From positions 150,001-182,000 of the forward strand of contig OW818668.1 in NCBI GenBank assembly GCA_942493105.1: a stretch of 32,000 bases of DNA, in the 5' to 3' direction. The translations under genes and the position numbers were made by a program. This DNA is from an uncultured Erysipelotrichaceae bacterium. GTDB taxonomy: Bacteria > Bacillota_I > Bacilli_A > Erysipelotrichales > Erysipelotrichaceae. Below are positions 27,603-32,000 of the stretch, piece after piece (position 1 is the stretch's first letter; each line of letters starts with the position of its first letter). The notes beneath the pieces were generated by a model. That model saw only the letters and a program-made list of their open reading frames with translations. It ran no database searches and was not told where the DNA came from.

Positions 27603-28202
27603 TTAATCAAAATAGACATCGGTTTTATTGATAACCACATCCAAGGCTTTCCACAATTCTTTACTGGTCATTTTGCGGCTTAAAGGCGGTAAAGCATCCA
27701 GCGGGAAATAACCTAAACTTAAGATCTCATGATTGTTTTTTAGTTCACCCGAAATAACGCTTGCCTTGAAGTATATCACATACTCACTGATCATCGATAC
27801 ATACTCTCGATAGAGATCTCGTCGCAAGATACATACGACCTTATCTATCTTAACATTTAATCCTGTTTCCTGAAGCACTTCTTTTGAGGCCGTGTCAGAA
27901 GCCGATTCAAACAGATCACACCAACCTCCAGGTACTGCATATCCCCCATCACTTCTTTCTTGGCCCATCAAAAGTTCGTTTTTCTCATTGAAGATCAAAA
28001 CTCTGACCGAGATATTAGGGGTAGGATAGATATCTTTTTGGTATGGGATTTCCATATCCGGAGTATTGTGTAATTCTTTAAGCTGTTGTTTGGCAAGTTC
28101 ATGTAGCTCTTGATAATTCTCTAAAGCATAAGGATCTTTTGAAAACTTGAGTCCAATACGACTGATGGCCAACACTTTGGCAACAAATTCATTCCACAGC
28201 AT
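27603..28202 (-). CDS. NUDIX hydrolase with an N-terminal Nudix_N-type domain
   Basis: The Nudix box is GGWCDLFESASDTASKEVLQETGL. The N-terminus reads W......IA..GL.F..DPY..E.Y. The start is uncertain: 28202 (MLWNEF, 1 nt after the murF stop), or the upstream ATGs at 28220/28232 that overlap murF. Confidence 0.75.
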   Translation of the reverse strand: MLWNEFVAKVLAISRIGLKFSKDPYALENYQELHELAKQQLKELHNTPDMEIPYQKDIYPTPNISVRVLIFNEKNELLMGQERSDGGYAVPGGWCDLFESASDTASKEVLQETGLNVKIDKVVCILRRDLYREYVSMISEYVIYFKASVISGELKNNHEILSLGYFPLDALPPLSRKMTSKELWKALDVVINKTDVYFD

Positions 28203-28203
28203 A

Positions 28204-29802
28204 TCAGTGGTTAAACGCATCCGGCAAGTCATTCTCAAGCAGGATGGTATCTTTCGATGAGGCATGTTGATGAACATAGGCAAAGGCTTCTTTAACGGTA
28301 CTAAACACAAATACTTTTTCCATATCAAACGCTGATTCTTTTAAACCATCATAGATTGGACGCGTCTGTGTCTTACCGACCAAAATGACCACATCAGCAC
28401 AGCCATTCATCGCCTTCCCAAATTCCATATTATACATTCTTTGTTTAGAGCCAAGATCGATCATTCCAGGGGTAATGATAAAACGTTTCCCAGGCATCAT
28501 CTTAAGCACCTCCAAAGACATTTTTGAGCCTTCCGGATTGGAATTGAAGGCATTGTCGATAAAGGTCAAGCCATTGATTTTCTTAAGTTGTAAACGATGT
28601 TCGATATAGTTCACATTTGAGACTGCTTTTTGAAGTTTCTCCCATGATAAACGCAGTGCTCTACCAACTGCGACAGCTACTAAGATATTAGATACATTAT
28701 GTTTGCCTAAGAGCCGTGTTTTAAAGGGATAGGAGCCATCTTCACTCACGATCAGGAACTCTGATCCTTCAGGGGTATAGGTGATCTCAGTGGCTCTAAA
28801 ATCGACGTCTTGAGAAGTGATCCCAACAGTCAAGATACGACAGGTATTTTGAATCTGATAATTGCGAATATAGTCATTGTCGAAATTAAGGATCCCAACA
28901 CCATCTGGTGGTAAATTTTCAATCATCTTCATCTTTTCTTTGATGATGTTGTTGATGGTTTTAAAGGTAGCTAAGTGTTGTGGACCAATTGAAGTGACGA
29001 CCCCATATTGAGGTCTTACGAATTTGGTCAAACCATTGATGTCGCCTACTTTATCAGCACCCATTTCAACGATGAAAACTTCATGTAGATTCTTGAGCTG
29101 TTCACGAATGGTGATGGTGATCCCCATCGGGGTGTTAAATGAGGCTGGAGTTGCCAACACATAATATTCTTCAGACAAGATTTCATTAAGGATATTTTTA
29201 GAGCTTGTTTTCCCATAAGATCCCGTGATCCCAATCTTGATCAGATTATGATGTTTACGCAATTCTCGTTTTGCCAAGCTCACATAAAACAACTTCACAA
29301 AGGCTTCAATTGGTTCTGTAATGAGTGCCATTAAGATCAATATCAAATGAACGATGCTGTTTTCATACATCAAGGCTAAAAAAGGCATCGGTGCTAAACT
29401 GTAATGGACCACCATGAAATAGACAAGAACCAAAGTCAAAAGCACCATCAAAACGATCTGCCGTTTAACTCGAGCCGTAATCTTAAGTGGTTTTATATAT
29501 GGTTTATGTCGCTCTTGTTGGATGGTAAAGAAGGCAAAGAGATAAATCAAAACCAAAGTAAGGAGCTGTCCAGGTACTGCAAAGTAAGTAATGATCAAAC
29601 TTAAAGCCAGTCCCAATATCAATGATCGCAAGATCGCAAAGATCGATGTCCTCAATGACGCACTGAACCATTGTAAATAACGACCCAGTTCATAGCGGTT
29701 TTGCTGATACATGTGCAAAGCATGTTTGCCAGGCACATAAAACATCATGCATAATCCTACAAACAATAAAGGTCTAATCATTAAAATGATGAACTCATTC
29801 AT
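28204..29802 (-). CDS. murF: UDP-MurNAc-tripeptide--D-Ala-D-Ala ligase (MurF-type Mur ligase) with an N-terminal polytopic membrane region
   Basis: 532 aa. The P-loop GITGSYGKTSSK is at about residue 193. Also present are central-domain motifs, DNAFNSNP and the ddl neighbourhood. Residues 1 to about 170 consist of roughly 5 hydrophobic helices instead of the usual soluble N-domain. Confidence 0.8.
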   Translation of the reverse strand: MNEFIILMIRPLLFVGLCMMFYVPGKHALHMYQQNRYELGRYLQWFSASLRTSIFAILRSLILGLALSLIITYFAVPGQLLTLVLIYLFAFFTIQQERHKPYIKPLKITARVKRQIVLMVLLTLVLVYFMVVHYSLAPMPFLALMYENSIVHLILILMALITEPIEAFVKLFYVSLAKRELRKHHNLIKIGITGSYGKTSSKNILNEILSEEYYVLATPASFNTPMGITITIREQLKNLHEVFIVEMGADKVGDINGLTKFVRPQYGVVTSIGPQHLATFKTINNIIKEKMKMIENLPPDGVGILNFDNDYIRNYQIQNTCRILTVGITSQDVDFRATEITYTPEGSEFLIVSEDGSYPFKTRLLGKHNVSNILVAVAVGRALRLSWEKLQKAVSNVNYIEHRLQLKKINGLTFIDNAFNSNPEGSKMSLEVLKMMPGKRFIITPGMIDLGSKQRMYNMEFGKAMNGCADVVILVGKTQTRPIYDGLKESAFDMEKVFVFSTVKEAFAYVHQHASSKDTILLENDLPDAFNH

Positions 29803-30556
29803 GGGCTTTGTCCTTTTCTAAAAAAACATCAATGATCTTATGAAAACGGGCAGACTGGTTATGATACGCAAAGTGTCCCTCTTTTTCAAATATCACAAGA
29901 CCTGCATCTTTCATTTCTTTAGCCATGACTTTACCCATCCATAAAGGTGTGGCATCATCCAATTCACCCCAAATCAGCAAAGTCGGTACCTTGATAAACG
30001 GTAAATATCGACGAAGATCTTGATTGACGATTTTAACAAAAGATTGGCGCAAGACCCCTTCTGTATTCTTATAATCACTGCTTCCAAAAAAGGCTGCCAT
30101 TTTATCTTTATAAGGCGTCAATGGTTTTAATTTAAAAACCTGTTTGGCGGTTTTATAAAAAGCCAACTTGACATAATAATCTGGGCCTCGTCTTGGCTTA
30201 AGTCCAGCAGCACCAGTTAAAATCAATTTATGAACTTTATACTGAGCTGCATACTGAATCGCGACTCTTGCCCCAAAAGAATGTGCAATCAAAATTGGAT
30301 CATGAATGTCTAAGCGATCACAAAAGATCTTGAAATTTAAAGTATATTCTTCAACGCCCCAAGCAACAGGCGGTAAACTGCTTTCACCAAAACCAGGAAA
30401 ATCAAGTAAAGTCACTTTAAAAGAAGGACTCAAAAAGTCTTGAGTTGCTTGAAACATCTCGATGTTTTGACCCCAACCATGCAAACACACGACATCGCGT
30501 CCTTTGCCTTGTTGAGTATAGTTGATATTTACACCGTTGATTTGTAGTTGTGACAT
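29795..30556 (-). CDS. alpha/beta-fold hydrolase
   Basis: 253 aa with the HGWG oxyanion region, the nucleophile elbow AHSFGA and a C-terminal His (EGHFA). It overlaps the murF start by 8 nt. Confidence 0.75.
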   Translation of the reverse strand: MSQLQINGVNINYTQQGKGRDVVCLHGWGQNIEMFQATQDFLSPSFKVTLLDFPGFGESSLPPVAWGVEEYTLNFKIFCDRLDIHDPILIAHSFGARVAIQYAAQYKVHKLILTGAAGLKPRRGPDYYVKLAFYKTAKQVFKLKPLTPYKDKMAAFFGSSDYKNTEGVLRQSFVKIVNQDLRRYLPFIKVPTLLIWGELDDATPLWMGKVMAKEMKDAGLVIFEKEGHFAYHNQSARFHKIIDVFLEKDKAHE

Positions 30557-30576
30557 GGTCTTTCTAGATTAACCGA

Positions 30577-31932
30577 TTAGTTTAAGATTTCGGTTTCTTT
30601 CATAACATTTTCAGGATTGATGATGAAGGTTACTCCATTATCTTCATTGTGGATTCTAATGGTATATCCATAAGCTGTGATGACTCTGTGTACGATGGAT
30701 AGGCCTAAGCCAAACTGACCACCGGCACCTCTTTCATAGGGCTTAAAAAGCTGCTGCATACGGTTTTCAGGGATCTTTATCCCATCGTTATACACACTGA
30801 GTTCATCTTTAGCCAAACGTATTTCAACCACAGTTTTAGCATAACGCAAAGCATTGTCCAACAGATTTTCAACAACGACACGCCAGGGTTCTTCTTGTCC
30901 AAAGTATGAACAAGAGGTCAGTTCTGTAATCAGTTTGATTTCAGGCTTTAAGACTTTGACAGAACGGATTGCCTTTTCAACAACGATCTTCATGTCGGTC
31001 TTACCAGGCTTGGTATCTTGAATCATATATTCCATACGATTGAGCAGCAGTAAACTATGGACTTTCTTTTCTAGACGAGAAGCATGCTCAATGATGACAT
31101 CGACACTGGCTTCTAAAGTATTGTATGGATATATGCCATCTTTGATCGATTCACCATAAGACTTGATCGTTGCGATCGGTGTTTTTAAGTCATGAGAGAT
31201 GTTATGGATCATTTCTTCTTTGAGTTCTTCTTGACGTTTCAACTCTTTGTTCATGGTGACGATGGCAGTTGCCAGTTCACCGATTTCATCTTTACGATTG
31301 ATCACAAGCTCTATATTTTCACCTTTCTTATAATTGGTGATGTAGAATTCGATCTGTTTCAAAGAATGAATCAAATACCCTACCCAAGCCATCAAGAACA
31401 GAAAGATCAAACCAACCATGATCAAGATGATGTTGACAACCTCATTGATCAAGGTCGATCTAAACCGATTCATCGTATTGGTCACCATAAAGCTGACGAT
31501 CCAGACTTGATTGTTGATTCGAGTTGATGTGTAGGCAACATTAGGCTGCTCAAGTTTAGAGATCTGATCTGAAGACGTAGTCAACTGCATCGTGATTTTT
31601 TGTTTGAATTCCGCAAAGAGATCTGTTGAAATATGGGTTGCCGCATTGGTCAAGGTTTCGCAGGAGTTGTCCGTGAAAATAATGTAGTGAACGACGGTTG
31701 GATCAGAATTGTTAAAGAGGTCTTCTTCAGAAACAAAGTTATAATAATTGTCGATGACCGCATCTTGTGAACGATGAATCGACTCAAACATCTGATTTTG
31801 GGCAATATGATCAATATTTGAAAAGATATATGACATCAAGAAAAATCCGAATAGGAAAATAGAAATCAGTACCAAACTGACCAATTGTTGGGTCAAACTC
31901 ATATTTTGAATAAAGGTACTGATCTTTTTCAT
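30577..31932 (-). CDS. two-component sensor histidine kinase (2 TM, extracytoplasmic loop, HAMP, HisKA, HATPase_c)
   Basis: H-box ISHDLKTPIATIKSY, N-box LLDNALRYA and G-box GLGLSIV. I took the ATG at 31932 as the start; the track's 31935 is a TTG. The start overlaps the response regulator stop (TGATG). Confidence 0.85.
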   Translation of the reverse strand: MKKISTFIQNMSLTQQLVSLVLISIFLFGFFLMSYIFSNIDHIAQNQMFESIHRSQDAVIDNYYNFVSEEDLFNNSDPTVVHYIIFTDNSCETLTNAATHISTDLFAEFKQKITMQLTTSSDQISKLEQPNVAYTSTRINNQVWIVSFMVTNTMNRFRSTLINEVVNIILIMVGLIFLFLMAWVGYLIHSLKQIEFYITNYKKGENIELVINRKDEIGELATAIVTMNKELKRQEELKEEMIHNISHDLKTPIATIKSYGESIKDGIYPYNTLEASVDVIIEHASRLEKKVHSLLLLNRMEYMIQDTKPGKTDMKIVVEKAIRSVKVLKPEIKLITELTSCSYFGQEEPWRVVVENLLDNALRYAKTVVEIRLAKDELSVYNDGIKIPENRMQQLFKPYERGAGGQFGLGLSIVHRVITAYGYTIRIHNEDNGVTFIINPENVMKETEILN

Positions 31933-32000
31933 CAACCTAACCGATACCCATATCCATAAATCGTATGAATATTGAGCGCCTTAAGTTTCTTACGTAGTCT
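31932..32000 (-). CDS. OmpR-family response regulator, C-terminal 22 codons (gene starts beyond the window end)
   Basis: The minus-strand translation is RLRKKLKALNIHTIYGYGYRLG*. This is the typical end of the OmpR/PhoB winged-helix domain (RLR.KL....I.T..G.GY.L). Confidence 0.7.
   Translation of the reverse strand, partial: RLRKKLKALNIHTIYGYGYRLG

Noticed and set aside
26437-32000. Possible vancomycin-resistance-like cluster (two-component system + Mur ligase + Ddl-type ligase)
   Set aside because: The Ddl retains the K-Y pair (YDNKY) characteristic of D-Ala-D-Ala ligases. No VanH-like dehydrogenase or VanX/VanY peptidase is present. It looks like ordinary ddl/murF housekeeping genes next to an unrelated two-component system.

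Overview
This is a low-GC Firmicutes-type chromosomal window. The 16S sequence looks Erysipelotrichia-like, but I cannot confirm that without a database search. It is mostly housekeeping genes on the minus strand. In coordinate order it contains: an asnS fragment; rex; tsaD; a Rex-controlled adhE; rimI-tsaB-tsaE; a complete 16S-23S-5S rRNA operon with no spacer tRNAs; a DUF402 phosphatase; thiT behind a TPP riboswitch; and a GAF/fRMsr gene. A block of small stress and miscellaneous genes follows: lipoprotein, Gfo/Idh/MocA oxidoreductase, YbaK-like deacylase, Hsp20, ferritin, YdeI-like, GNAT and DUF1801. Then come an MgtA-type Mg2+ ATPase, a tRNA cluster (Ser-Asp-Gly) and deoD. Next is a plus-strand two-gene Mg2+-related operon, consisting of an MgtE cytosolic sensor module without its pore followed by an Nramp-related transporter. 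The window ends with ddl, a Nudix gene, an unusually membrane-anchored murF, an alpha/beta hydrolase and a histidine kinase/response regulator pair. There is no CRISPR array, transposase or recognisable defence system. The only accessory-looking stretch is about 1.2 kb of AT-rich DNA bracketed by two near-identical tRNA-Gly+terminator copies that differ in the anticodon (GCC vs CCC). It carries a decayed HigB(Gp49-like)/HigA module. The most novel-looking candidate is the split 'MgtE sensor + Nramp-related transporter' operon. It has no M-box; instead its leader has a well-initiated 28-codon Pro-containing uORF running through a three-segment alternative hairpin that can sequester the main SD. 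All functional calls come from reading motifs by eye, and none has been checked against a database.
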